Source: a virus (taxonomy: Duplodnaviria > Caudoviricetes). From it: a stretch of 33,833 bases of DNA. A model generated the notes under the pieces. It saw nothing but the letters and a program-made list of their open reading frames with translations, ran no database searches and was not told the DNA's origin. Each line of letters starts with the position of its first letter. Positions within the stretch are counted from its first letter, which is position 1. The stretch spans positions 1-33,833 of IMG/VR virus record IMGVR_UViG_3300020190_000207; one strand, written 5' to 3'. The position numbers and the translations under genes were made by a program. Positions 18,894-28,848 of the stretch are shown in pieces.

Positions 18894-19667
18894 CTATAGG
18901 ATAGTGACACCAGGAACAGTATTACTCCTTACTTGAGCTCGTTCCTCATTTGTAATTGGACGACTCAATTCAGCATCAAGACCTGCAGTGGTACTAGCAG
19001 TGGTACTAGCAGTGGCACTAGCAGTGGAACGACTAGTCGAAATTCCAGTAGTCGAAATTCCAGAAGATGGAATACAAGGTTTACTTGTTGTAGTCGCATC
19101 AACGTTATTACCAGTTACTGGAATATTTGGTAACGCAGCCATTGCTTTTTCAAGAACATCTTTAGCAACATAAGTTCCATCAAATACTTTCGTACCAAAA
19201 GTTCCACCCTCCACTTTTGATATAACATTTCCAGACAATCCCTTAGCATCAACAATATTAGAGTCTAACAATATTCTTCCAGCACCACCTTTCATGCTGA
19301 TATTTCTTCCTGCTTTTATATCTACATCCTCATCAGCTTCAATTGTTATATTTTTTCCTTTGATTCTAATAGATCCATTACGTAGTGCAGTAATTGTAAC
19401 ATCTCCAGCCATCGAAGTAATAACAATGTCAACACCTTTTTCAGATGTTTTATTTCCTGCTACAATTTCGATAAATCTATCGTTGTAAATTCTGTATGAC
19501 CCCCCTTCGGTAAGACCAGTAAGATTTACATCATTACTAGAATTGAAACTATACATCGCATATGCCAAAGACCCATTTGCCCCCATTTGTGGCGTGGAAG
19601 TATCAATCCTAAAAGTAGGCATTGCCCAAATATCTCTAGCTTCCCAGTTTTGATTTGATCTTGACAT
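18894..19667 (-). CDS. Baseplate-spike-associated protein with gp5 C-terminal-like beta repeats
   Basis: Lies immediately downstream of gp5. It has ~8-residue beta repeats (GDVTITAL-RNGSIRIKG-KNITIEAD-EDVDIKAG-RNISMKGG) and a Ser/Thr low-complexity tail. Confidence 0.55.
   Translation of the reverse strand: MSRSNQNWEARDIWAMPTFRIDTSTPQMGANGSLAYAMYSFNSSNDVNLTGLTEGGSYRIYNDRFIEIVAGNKTSEKGVDIVITSMAGDVTITALRNGSIRIKGKNITIEADEDVDIKAGRNISMKGGAGRILLDSNIVDAKGLSGNVISKVEGGTFGTKVFDGTYVAKDVLEKAMAALPNIPVTGNNVDATTTSKPCIPSSGISTTGISTSRSTASATASTTASTTAGLDAELSRPITNEERAQVRSNTVPGVTIL
18985..19063. repeat. Short coding tandem repeats (12-nt gcagtggtacta, about 3.5 copies; 15-nt tagtcgaaattccag, 2 copies)
   Basis: Visible directly in the sequence; they encode GISTTGISTSRSTASATASTTASTTA. 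Confidence 0.85.
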
Positions 19668-19701
19668 GAATATAAATCAAAAATAAATTCTTTCTATTTT
19701 C

Positions 19702-19708
19702 TATTTAG
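19702..19708 (-). promoter_or_regulatory. Candidate late promoter CTAAATA
   Basis: CTAAATA directly after the gp5 stop codon, about 35 nt upstream of the ATG at 19667. Confidence 0.6.
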
Positions 19709-22126
19709 TTAGTAACCGTAACCGCCTCCGCCGCCGCCACCACCTGGAGATGGAGATGGTGAGGGTGAAGGTGAGGGGGTAGGAGAGGGTGTGGGGGTAG
19801 GTGTAGGCGTAGGTGTGGGAGTGGGGGTAGGAGTGGGTGTGGGTGTGGGGGTAGGAGTGGGTGTGGGGGTAGGAGTGGGTGTAGGTGTAGGTGTGGGAGT
19901 GGGAGTGGGAGTGGGAGTGGGGGTAGGAGTGGATAATGCAACAGGTGTTACGGTATCAATAGCAGTGGAAGATGTTTTTACCACTTCAGATGTTAGTGAA
20001 GGTGTTGGGCAATCAATAACTCTTACAATTTCCTCTGGAGGATTAAATCTAACTCTTCCAAGAATTGGTTTTAATACTGCGCCTCTCCCTGTTTTTGTCG
20101 TTACAGTAATTATTGGTAACTCATCAATTCTTTTAGTATCTGAAACTTGTGCAAAAATAATTTTTCCATCCTTAACAGAAAGTTTATAATTATTACCAAG
20201 ATTATCCGAAGCAGTATCTTTTTGAGAATACCCTTTGCCCTGATTAATAATTTGAACCGCAATTACGGCAATGTTTGAATTAATATTATAATCTAACTGA
20301 GCATATCCGACTGGATAATTCTCTCCCACTGAAACCATCTCCACTCCTGTAACTTGACTAAAAGTTGGTGAATTTGGAATTGTATCAATAAATGTTCTAC
20401 CCACGGCGCCATATCCTTGTTTTGACTCGTCATAAAATTCAACAAATGGTGGTGTTACATATCCAAAACCACCATTTGTAATCTCCACACCCAATACACT
20501 AGCAGTCTTAACATTTGTAATATCTACTATGTCTGTTGATCTTGTAGGTACAATATCACCTAAAAGAGCAATAGCTGTTGCGCCAGTTCCACCGCCACCA
20601 AAAATGCGTACTTGTGGTGGAGATTTTGAAATTGGAGGTCCAGTATAGCAAGGGGAACTTGGATCTTTAGGTTCACCACTAAAGATATCAAAAGTTCCAT
20701 ATTTTTGTTGGAAAGCTTGTTGCACATCATCTACAATGTTTCCTACATCTGTCAAAAGATTCTGAACATTTCCAACTGCCTCTAATACTCCTTTTCCAAT
20801 TGCAGCTGCATTATTCATATTATTAAGGATTGATTGGTAGGCAGATTCTTCACAACCAGGATCTTTGGGTCCTGTACCAATTACCCATTCTTTTACAATT
20901 CCAGAACACTTACCTTGTGACTGACCTCCCATAAATAATCCCCCTATTGCTTGGAAAGATTCAATTGTAGAACGCATTGATGACTCTGGATTAAATCCAA
21001 CCAAACTTAAGAGTTTTGAAACTCCATCCAAAAGAGGACCCATAGCTCCAAGAAAATTATCTAGTGTATTATTCAATAATGCCCCAGAGAATTGCTCTGC
21101 TGCACAAGGCACTAAATTATCAACATTATTCAACATGCCAGAAAGGAGTTCCTTAATTGAACCAGATGCAAGATCAACAACTAAAGCACCCACAGTTTGT
21201 AATCCATCTTCTAAAAGTTTAACAGGAATAAGCATTGCAGTTTGAGCAGCGACTCCAGCTAAATGAGCGATTGTTGTACTCCCTGTAGCAGCTAAAACTG
21301 CGTTATAAACAGTTTCATAAAGTAATTTCAACCCGTCATTGAGAGCTGGAATGAGTTGAGTATATAATTCTCTCATCATTTGACCAGTATAAATGTTCAT
21401 TATGCCAGTAATTTTATCGACAGAACTATTAATTTCTAAATCTAGATTACTGATTGCATCTAATCCATCACGAACTTTTTGAAGAAGATTATCAATTTCT
21501 GCAGTCATTCCTGCTAGTGCCGTGTCACCACAAGAATTTGCAAGTACAATTGTTTTTCCAACACCTGTATAGTAAGGAACCTCTAAATCATCTGGATTTT
21601 CCTGATTTAGTTTATTAACAATTGCTGGTGAAACATCTCGTGGTGATTTTTGTGAATTAGAGTTTCCTTCATTACTTTGATCACCCTTTAGCGGTCCACT
21701 AGGTTTTTTGACCCTATCAGTATACCCAGTAAAAGGAGTGAATGGTGACTCATAAGATTCTGAACCCTTCTCAATATCAGATGTTTTTCCAAAGCACGCA
21801 ATAATTGCGGGAATCTGAGCATTATCACCATCTAGAAAGAAACCAAAAACAACATCAGATGGTTTTAGTTTATGACTGGTGGCACAACCTCCAGCACCAC
21901 TACCAGTTGATGTAGACAATAAAATTTGTGCCCAGGGCAAATCATCGTTTGATAATTCTGTTTCGGAATAAGGGTGATAACCTAAAATTCTAACCTTAAT
22001 TCTATTTCCCCAACCACCACCATTTGATTGTTCTCCTTGTGCCTCTCCAGGTGCTACTTGTCCAATCCACCAACGAAATCCATCTCTTCCTATAAAATTA
22101 CTCTTAAGTAAAGATTCATCTATCAT
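19709..22126 (-). CDS. gp5: Baseplate hub/central spike protein gp5 (N-terminal OB-fold; no recognisable lysozyme domain)
   Basis: FIGRDGFRWWIGQV...RIKVRILGYHP...DDLPWAQILL...VFGFFLDGDNAQIP is the T4 gp5 OB-fold signature. It is followed by a helical region, I.NGG.GY repeats and a (PT)n tail. Confidence 0.88.
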   Translation of the reverse strand: MIDESLLKSNFIGRDGFRWWIGQVAPGEAQGEQSNGGGWGNRIKVRILGYHPYSETELSNDDLPWAQILLSTSTGSGAGGCATSHKLKPSDVVFGFFLDGDNAQIPAIIACFGKTSDIEKGSESYESPFTPFTGYTDRVKKPSGPLKGDQSNEGNSNSQKSPRDVSPAIVNKLNQENPDDLEVPYYTGVGKTIVLANSCGDTALAGMTAEIDNLLQKVRDGLDAISNLDLEINSSVDKITGIMNIYTGQMMRELYTQLIPALNDGLKLLYETVYNAVLAATGSTTIAHLAGVAAQTAMLIPVKLLEDGLQTVGALVVDLASGSIKELLSGMLNNVDNLVPCAAEQFSGALLNNTLDNFLGAMGPLLDGVSKLLSLVGFNPESSMRSTIESFQAIGGLFMGGQSQGKCSGIVKEWVIGTGPKDPGCEESAYQSILNNMNNAAAIGKGVLEAVGNVQNLLTDVGNIVDDVQQAFQQKYGTFDIFSGEPKDPSSPCYTGPPISKSPPQVRIFGGGGTGATAIALLGDIVPTRSTDIVDITNVKTASVLGVEITNGGFGYVTPPFVEFYDESKQGYGAVGRTFIDTIPNSPTFSQVTGVEMVSVGENYPVGYAQLDYNINSNIAVIAVQIINQGKGYSQKDTASDNLGNNYKLSVKDGKIIFAQVSDTKRIDELPIITVTTKTGRGAVLKPILGRVRFNPPEEIVRVIDCPTPSLTSEVVKTSSTAIDTVTPVALSTPTPTPTPTPTPTPTPTPTPTPTPTPTPTPTPTPTPTPTPTPTPTPTPSPTPSPSPSPSPSPGGGGGGGGYGY
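19740..19932 (-). repeat. Pro-Thr/Pro-Ser dipeptide repeat (6-nt period) at the gp5 C-terminus
   Basis: Encodes STPTPTPT...PSPSPSP, followed by GGGGGGGYGY and the stop. Synonymous codons are mixed. Confidence 0.95.
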
Positions 22127-23451
22127 TTGCTTTTTTGTCCAAAAGTATCTCTAATTAATTTGAGCGATGTATATGAATTATCACTATCAAAATGGTGACA
22201 TAGTTCTTTTATGATATATAGACCGCTTATCTCTGGGTCAGATTCCTTGGTTGATGCCTGTGTGTTTTTGGGAAAAATACACTCAATCACATCTCCAGCT
22301 CTTAAATTTGTATTCGATGGAATAGTAACATCTAATACTTGAGTAAACAAAGTATTATATCTCATTAGAGACTGAGCTTGATATTCCATTGGATTAGAAT
22401 TCGTCTCTTTAGATGGTTTAGGCTCTAATGTTCCAACATCTAAAATCTGTGTAAAAATTCTTGATGGAATATCTCCTAAAGTCTTATCTGAACCTGGAGA
22501 TATTTTTGGTAAATCAAGTTTTCTACCTAGTGTTTTTGTTTTTTTCTTATACTGTGTCTGACCAAATGAACCCTGTTGTTCACCTGTAAAGGTAAATTTA
22601 TTTGGATCAAAAAACATTCTTTGACTTGAAAATGCACCTAGTCTTAATTTTTCAATCAAATTTTCATTCTTGGTTGTTGTGTAGTTCAAGATTGAAAAAT
22701 CATTATTTACTGCTTTATTATCAGAATCATATGACTCTACACCCTGATTATTAGTGTATGTCGCTTTCTTTTCTTGATTGATAAGAGAGTCAATTGATCT
22801 AAATTGAAATCCGTCCTTTGTCTGATAAAAGAAAAATCCTGCATTTGCTCCACTTTCAGCGGGAACTGCCTTTGACGCTAACCAAATCAAAGTAGTGAAA
22901 GGTTTTTTTAGATTACCAATAAATCCATAAGAATTAGAGGTCTTATCAATCGTTCCTATCTTTTTAGTTTTCAAATACTCTTCTAGTATTGCCTTTATGG
23001 AGTTGTCAATTGTTGAAGAACTTGAAAACTTTCTGGAAACTCTTGAAGTCTCATTTGTAATTGCTTCCCTAGAAATTAAATGTAGTGTAAAACTTTCTGA
23101 CTCTGTTTGTGATACGATGTCAGTAATACTAGAAACAATAAAAAAATCAGCAGGTTTTTTAGAAAAATCTAATCCTGGATTAGTTGCTGAATTTCCTGAT
23201 ATTTTCATCACAACTCTCTCACCACCTCTCAATGGCAAACCGTTATAAATTGATTGTTTCTCTTGTGCTGGAGCACCTTCAGGAGCAATTGATGAGCTAC
23301 TGTTTATTACCTTAATTTTTGCAGTAATAGTTGGTGAAAAAATATCTTCATAGTAATCAATGCTGACCGCACCTTCAACTATGTCTACAGTTCTTTTCTG
23401 ATTATTAGATTCTAGTATTAATGTTTCAAATACAGAAGAATTAATTGACAT
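22123..23451 (-). CDS. Putative baseplate hub protein (gp27/GpD-like)
   Basis: Sits directly upstream of gp5 with a 4-nt overlap. Motifs IDYYEDIFSPTITAKI, GFFFYQTKDGFQFRSIDSL and TNLRAGDVI...SGLYIIKELCHHF...TSLKLIRD are typical of hub proteins. Confidence 0.7.
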   Translation of the reverse strand: MSINSSVFETLILESNNQKRTVDIVEGAVSIDYYEDIFSPTITAKIKVINSSSSIAPEGAPAQEKQSIYNGLPLRGGERVVMKISGNSATNPGLDFSKKPADFFIVSSITDIVSQTESESFTLHLISREAITNETSRVSRKFSSSSTIDNSIKAILEEYLKTKKIGTIDKTSNSYGFIGNLKKPFTTLIWLASKAVPAESGANAGFFFYQTKDGFQFRSIDSLINQEKKATYTNNQGVESYDSDNKAVNNDFSILNYTTTKNENLIEKLRLGAFSSQRMFFDPNKFTFTGEQQGSFGQTQYKKKTKTLGRKLDLPKISPGSDKTLGDIPSRIFTQILDVGTLEPKPSKETNSNPMEYQAQSLMRYNTLFTQVLDVTIPSNTNLRAGDVIECIFPKNTQASTKESDPEISGLYIIKELCHHFDSDNSYTSLKLIRDTFGQKSK

Positions 23452-25307
23452 TAGTTGTAAGCCAAATCTAAAAGTAATTTGTTCTTGATAAATCTATTTA
23501 ACACAGTAAGTTCAGGAATTGGTAAAGTCATAGATGGTGACTGTTGTCCACTATCGCCATAAGATGCTCCTGATTGTTCTATTATTGGAGTTTCTGGAAT
23601 AATGATATTGGTTGGTGTTCTCTCTGGACCGATTGCATTTGGAATCTTAGAAGGTGGGGAGCTCCCGATGATTGTTCCACTTACTAATCCGTCAACATAA
23701 CTTCTAATAACATTCGATGGTGCTTGTATGTGAACATGAGGACCAGTAGACCTACCAGTGCTACCTTGCAATCCTAAAATAGTTCCAACCGAAACCTGTT
23801 GATTTTTTTGCACTAGAATTTTATTAAAATGCCCAAGTTCTACTTTTCCAGCACTAGACATAATCTCAATCCAGTTACCGCCACCAGTGAGAAATCCTGT
23901 CCAAGTAATTGTTCCAGAAACTGGTGATGGAACTGGTGCATTTATATATTGATCTCCTTTAAAAATCGTGAAGTCTCTAACTTCTCTACCATCACTTGTT
24001 GACTGATAACTGTGGTGTGGAGTAAGTCCAGAATATCCTTTTACTTTTTGTCCTCTTGGATTTTCTACAGCAAATCCTTTTAGTTGAATAGAAGGTCCAA
24101 TATTACTTCCAGAACCTGGCGAAGTAACCATCCTAGATGAACTAGCATCAAGTGGTCCTGGTTGAGCATCAGGTGGTGCTAATTTTATTTCTAATCCACT
24201 ACTAATATTAGCAGCACCAAAGTAATTTTTTGCCGCAACGCTAAAGTCAAGCATATGATTTTTAGCGTGTCCAGAAACGCCAGGTCCAACATCATTGACT
24301 CTGATTACTGCAGACTTACCTGTTTTACTATCAGTGACAATTAAATTGATTGGTTTTGATAATGTCTTTCCACCAGGAAATCCTTTTGAAGGACGAGTAT
24401 ATTCACCTGGCAAAATTGCAATAAGTTCTGGAAATGCCGCAGCAGAAAAGACGTTTGACCTATAACCTTCACCAGTTGCAGTTGCTGGAAGTCCTTGTGC
24501 CGTTTTAGCGCCACTTGCATTAATTCCTCCAAGTGCAGGATCATAGTATGTTGCCTTAGCGTCTGTTGCTAAGACCCTCCCAGACATTGTGCTTGTATAC
24601 CCACTTGTGTAAGCACCTTCATCAGCAACATTGGTACCTGGTGATGGAATTGCCCCACCAATATCAAATGGTTTTGTAATGAGATTCATAGAGTCTTTGA
24701 TTGAATCTCCCATATTATTGATATTTTGTACTAGCCCTTTTATAGAGTTTTGAACCTCTTCTGAACTTTTTTCAAAATCAAATGACATGGCATATCCCAG
24801 AGCACTTTTTACTATAGTTGTAAAATTCTGGAGAATTCCTGGTGGTTGTTTTTCTGGATTATATAAGTTATATAAAAAGATAGCAATATTTGATCTGAGA
24901 TTACCAAGTCTCCTGATTATTTCATTACCAATACCTATCCAAGTAGGTAAATTTCTAATCGCCCAACCAGCAGCAATGTAACCAAAAAATCCAAGTAGTT
25001 TACCAAAAAGTCCACCACCAGAACCTGATCGAAATAGTTCTTGTGATTCTCTTGGTTTTATGTTTACTATTTCTGAAGATTCTAATGATGCCTCTTGTTC
25101 CTTAAATCGATCAAACTCCAATTGTCTTTTTATTGCTTGTTTTTTTTCGTTCAATAAATTATTTCTTTGTATATTATTTTTTTCAATTTTTTTATTAAGT
25201 TGAGTGATTGATTTATTTGTAAGCGCAATTTTTTTGTTAGAGGTAACTACGGAACCTGAGATTTTTTCAAGATTAAGTGTAGTTGGTTTGATTTGAGTTA
25301 TTATCAT
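23451..25307 (-). CDS. Tape-measure-like virion protein with RlpA-like DPBB lytic transglycosylase and M23 peptidase domains
   Basis: Coiled-coil and amphipathic N-terminus. ATYYDP...ATATGE...SAAA...SAVIRVNDVGP...MLDFSVAA is RlpA/DPBB-like (~24555-24185). D...VPSPVSGTI...GGGNWIEI...LGHFNKILV..NQQVSVG.ILG.QGSTGRSTGPHVH is M23-like (~24030-23720). Confidence 0.8.
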   Translation of the reverse strand: MIITQIKPTTLNLEKISGSVVTSNKKIALTNKSITQLNKKIEKNNIQRNNLLNEKKQAIKRQLEFDRFKEQEASLESSEIVNIKPRESQELFRSGSGGGLFGKLLGFFGYIAAGWAIRNLPTWIGIGNEIIRRLGNLRSNIAIFLYNLYNPEKQPPGILQNFTTIVKSALGYAMSFDFEKSSEEVQNSIKGLVQNINNMGDSIKDSMNLITKPFDIGGAIPSPGTNVADEGAYTSGYTSTMSGRVLATDAKATYYDPALGGINASGAKTAQGLPATATGEGYRSNVFSAAAFPELIAILPGEYTRPSKGFPGGKTLSKPINLIVTDSKTGKSAVIRVNDVGPGVSGHAKNHMLDFSVAAKNYFGAANISSGLEIKLAPPDAQPGPLDASSSRMVTSPGSGSNIGPSIQLKGFAVENPRGQKVKGYSGLTPHHSYQSTSDGREVRDFTIFKGDQYINAPVPSPVSGTITWTGFLTGGGNWIEIMSSAGKVELGHFNKILVQKNQQVSVGTILGLQGSTGRSTGPHVHIQAPSNVIRSYVDGLVSGTIIGSSPPSKIPNAIGPERTPTNIIIPETPIIEQSGASYGDSGQQSPSMTLPIPELTVLNRFIKNKLLLDLAYN

Positions 25308-25319
25308 TTTCTTTTACTG

Positions 25320-27206
25320 CTATACATATGCTAAATCATTCATCAATCTTTTTTTCATGTTATTCATAAATGCGACTGCCAAATCTTCCTCACGAATATT
25401 GCCTCCTGAACTTCCTGAAGAACCATAATTATTTTGTCTACTAGTATTTACTCTTGGACTTCTTTGATCAACTACTACATAGTTTTCTCCCCGTCTTTCA
25501 GTTGCAACATTTACCGTCGAGGTTGATGGTCTTTGAATCGCTGCAGGTGTAGGTGTTGTTTGTTCTTGTGTAGCAGATGGAGAAACAGAACCCTTGAAGT
25601 CGAAATGCCATGGTTCTTTTTGAGAAAATCCCATACCTGTGTTTATCCATCCAAATTTTGACCCATACTTTTGAACCCAAGGAATACCATTAGCAACATC
25701 AATGGCGAGACCCTTTTCATGATTAGACCTACCAGGCGGAGCAGCAAGATTCCCCTGTCCCTTAAGATACAATTGATAAAGATAATTTTGTTGTTCATAA
25801 CTACGAAAAGATGAAGAAAGGGTCAGATTAACTCCTTGTTTTTTTGCTTCATCCCTCATCTTTATATACGCATCAGCTGCACCACCAGAATCTAAACTAT
25901 GTCCGCCACCGATAGATTTCAGTTTTCCTGTTGGTTTACTAGGTTGAATATTAGGTTGAGATCTATCCACCATCCCTGAAGGTGATGGACCAGCAGTTCC
26001 TTGAGAAGAAACTGGAACATTTCTACTTTTTTTAGTAAATCTTTCGTAAATTGTGGCAGTGGTAGGTCTCCAACTAGCAGTAGCGGTATTATACCCAGCG
26101 GCAACTAAACTTCTCAATATTTCATCAGCAGTGGTTCCCGCGTAATACTTTTTCCAAAGTCTTACGTGAACAGCAACACCTTCATCAAAAGTTTTATAAA
26201 CTGCGTGCTTTTGCTTGTCAGCACCAATTACATATCCTGCCGAACCTACACCAGTTTGACCAAATGGATTTGTTTTGTTACTTGCAAAATAGACACTATT
26301 AGGATTTCTTAGATATCCAGTTTCATTCATGGCAATTGCAGCGGTAATATCTGGAGCAGGTGAACCAGCTTTCTGTGCTGCTGCTCTTACTTTTTCAAAT
26401 GCTTCACTATCATTTTTAGGCACAGGTCCAGAATCTATTGGTCCCGTGGACCCCGTGGGCATAGCCCCAGAAGATCCGTCATCTGCATATGCATCCTGTG
26501 ATTGTCCTTGTTGTTGTCGAGATTCTTCTTCCTCTCTCTCCGCAATTTTGAATCCCAAAGGATCAATAATAAAAGAAAATGCTGTGGTCAAAGAACCATA
26601 TAATTTAGAAAGACCATTTAATAGTTGATCAAAATTTTGATTTATTGAGTTTGCTGATTCCCACGAATATTGTCCAGGTGAAAGACGATTATCGGTAATA
26701 CCTATTCTTAAAATACTTGTAGTAACGTTACCAAGTAATTTACCAAAACTTTGAAAAACTTCTAGTGTGCTACTGAAAAAAGCACCTATAATATCTTTAG
26801 CCGTTCGTAAACGAACCAGAAACCCTTCCCCAAAATTTATGAGTGTAGGAAGTCTGGTCAAAATCCATCCTGCGGCAAGATATCCAGCAAAAGATAGCAA
26901 TCTACCTATAAATCCTTTATCACTGACAGAACTCAAACTTGAATGATTAATATAATTTATTTTTTTGACAGTATCTGGGGCTTCGAGAGCTGCTTCTTGT
27001 TTATTTTTTTCATCTAATTCTTCTCGTCTTCGATAATAAGTGCTATTCTCATTTATTAATTTTTTTTGTGCAGTAATATTTTCTTGAATAGAATTGTTTC
27101 TACTCAAAATACTTTGATTAGTAAGTGATATTTTCTTTTTTGTATTATAAACTGATGTTGAAATTTTATTCAGGTTTAGGACGGGAATAGAAGTTGCTAC
27201 TGCCAT
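25320..27206 (-). CDS. Tape-measure-like virion protein with GH73-like glucosaminidase and M15B (VanY-like) peptidase domains
   Basis: The N- and C-termini are paralogous to 23451-25307. AAIAMNETGY...NPFGQ...YKTFDEGV...AAGYNTA is FlgJ/GH73-like (~26400-26040). SSFRSYEQQ...AAPPGRSNHEKGLAID...EPWHF has the M15B SxHxxGxAxD and ExxH motifs (~25900-25595). Confidence 0.82.
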   Translation of the reverse strand: MAVATSIPVLNLNKISTSVYNTKKKISLTNQSILSRNNSIQENITAQKKLINENSTYYRRREELDEKNKQEAALEAPDTVKKINYINHSSLSSVSDKGFIGRLLSFAGYLAAGWILTRLPTLINFGEGFLVRLRTAKDIIGAFFSSTLEVFQSFGKLLGNVTTSILRIGITDNRLSPGQYSWESANSINQNFDQLLNGLSKLYGSLTTAFSFIIDPLGFKIAEREEEESRQQQGQSQDAYADDGSSGAMPTGSTGPIDSGPVPKNDSEAFEKVRAAAQKAGSPAPDITAAIAMNETGYLRNPNSVYFASNKTNPFGQTGVGSAGYVIGADKQKHAVYKTFDEGVAVHVRLWKKYYAGTTADEILRSLVAAGYNTATASWRPTTATIYERFTKKSRNVPVSSQGTAGPSPSGMVDRSQPNIQPSKPTGKLKSIGGGHSLDSGGAADAYIKMRDEAKKQGVNLTLSSSFRSYEQQNYLYQLYLKGQGNLAAPPGRSNHEKGLAIDVANGIPWVQKYGSKFGWINTGMGFSQKEPWHFDFKGSVSPSATQEQTTPTPAAIQRPSTSTVNVATERRGENYVVVDQRSPRVNTSRQNNYGSSGSSGGNIREEDLAVAFMNNMKKRLMNDLAYV

Positions 27207-27207
27207 T

Positions 27208-28848
27208 TTACATCACTATATTATAATTCAATTGAGAATATAGAACATAAAAATTATCGGGATTAGATGATGATATTGAAGGAGTATCAGGATTTGGTGC
27301 TGGTCTAGATTGTGAAGAACTTTGACTTCCTTGATCAACCATCGCACCAGAAGTCGTATCGGACGCAATCACAACATTTGGTTGAACTTCTGGTAGGGCA
27401 GTGACTTTATTTGTATCCTTTGGAGGTGCAGTGATTTGAGCAGCTGGAGTAGTTGTTGGTTTAGTTTTATCAGATTCATTAGTGAGGGCAGGTTCTGAGG
27501 ATCGTTGCTCCTGTGATATAGTAGGTTGAGATGAATCAGTATCGATCCTTCCAGTCTCACTGGCACCAGGTTGAGTAGTGGTGCTACCTGGATTTACCAT
27601 TAAGTCAGATGATTGTGGTGTCATCGATGTAGATGGAGACACCTGTGCTTGTGGTTCTGCCCCCTCTGGAGTATCATTTACAGCTCCTGAACCAGAATCC
27701 ACCAAATCAGGAAGGGAAGCCATGGGTGTTTGTGGAGTTACCTCTGCTGGAGGGGGGGATGACTGCTTAGCAGCTGGAGGTGGACTTGCAACAGATGTTG
27801 GTGCTGGTTTTGCCTTATCTTTAGTAGCTCCCTCAGCAATTTCTTGAACCAGTTTATTTCTTTTATCATTGCCAAAGATATTTGATCCAAGTGCCTCGGC
27901 AATTTCGTCTACAGTGAATGCCATCCCAGCAATTTTTCCAATTGCACCTATAGCTCCTGGAGCTTTAGCTGCAAGAGCCATGGCACTCAAGATTCCATCA
28001 GCCATCTCACCATTTCTAAAATTCATCAAAGAACTTAAAAATGTTACAAATTTACCAACTCCAGGACCACCTCCAGGTTGCCCTCCTGGTTTTCCAGGTG
28101 GTTTTGCTCCTCCTGGTGATAATGCTCTTATTCCTGAACCAAGCAATCTGAAAGGAGCAGTAACTAATTTTGAAAGAAGGCTTGCAACACCAGACGTAAC
28201 TGCACTAATTGCTTTGCCAACCATTCCAAGTCCAGTCTTTACAGCAACTAATGCACCTACCCCTATCACTAATCCACCAACTATTTTTCTCTTAATTTCT
28301 CCTAGTTTTTGAACATCTCCCTCAGCTTGTGCCTTAAGATAATTAATAACTGAGTTGCCAAGCCATCCTAAAAATAAAGTTGTAAATGCAGACTCAACTC
28401 TGCTAAAAAGGCTACCAACTTTATTCTGAACCGCTAAAACAGGTGATGACAAAGAATTTTCGATTCTTTGCTCTAATTCACCCTCTTTACCAATGGCAAT
28501 TCTTCTTTCTGAAAGTCTTTTTTGATTTTCTCGTTCTGCATTAAGTCTCAGTTGTTCTGCTGATGACTGTTGCTGAACAGTTTGAGAAATTGTATTGACG
28601 TTTTGTGATAATGAAGAAAGTTCTCTTGAAATCCCTTCAAGTTGATTCTGAAGAGAAGTAACAGAAGTTTGACCGCCTTGAATCAGAACATTTTGATAAT
28701 CATCTGCACGGGTCTTTTGTGCATTAAGATTTTTCTGTTCGTTGATAAATGAATTGAATGCGGTTATATTGGCGCTAATATTTTCTCTGGACCCTCTTGA
28801 TAAAGGAGATCCAGTTAGAGGGACAATATTGTTTGCTGCCTCAGCCAT
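27208..28848 (-). CDS. Tape-measure-like virion protein
   Basis: Coiled-coil N-terminus, a Gly/Ala-rich hydrophobic helical middle, a Pro/Ser/Thr-rich region and the C-terminus SSSNPDNFY...YNIVM. It is the first gene after gp26/gp51. Confidence 0.6.
   Translation of the reverse strand: MAEAANNIVPLTGSPLSRGSRENISANITAFNSFINEQKNLNAQKTRADDYQNVLIQGGQTSVTSLQNQLEGISRELSSLSQNVNTISQTVQQQSSAEQLRLNAERENQKRLSERRIAIGKEGELEQRIENSLSSPVLAVQNKVGSLFSRVESAFTTLFLGWLGNSVINYLKAQAEGDVQKLGEIKRKIVGGLVIGVGALVAVKTGLGMVGKAISAVTSGVASLLSKLVTAPFRLLGSGIRALSPGGAKPPGKPGGQPGGGPGVGKFVTFLSSLMNFRNGEMADGILSAMALAAKAPGAIGAIGKIAGMAFTVDEIAEALGSNIFGNDKRNKLVQEIAEGATKDKAKPAPTSVASPPPAAKQSSPPPAEVTPQTPMASLPDLVDSGSGAVNDTPEGAEPQAQVSPSTSMTPQSSDLMVNPGSTTTQPGASETGRIDTDSSQPTISQEQRSSEPALTNESDKTKPTTTPAAQITAPPKDTNKVTALPEVQPNVVIASDTTSGAMVDQGSQSSSQSRPAPNPDTPSISSSNPDNFYVLYSQLNYNIVM

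Noticed and set aside
19705-20189. ORFs 19705-19941 (-) and 19791-20189 (+)
   Set aside because: They are alternative-frame and antisense readings of the Pro-Thr repeat of gp5.
25595-25900. vanY glycopeptide-resistance gene
   Set aside because: The M15B domain is embedded in a virion-type scaffold beside a glycosidase domain, consistent with a phage wall hydrolase.
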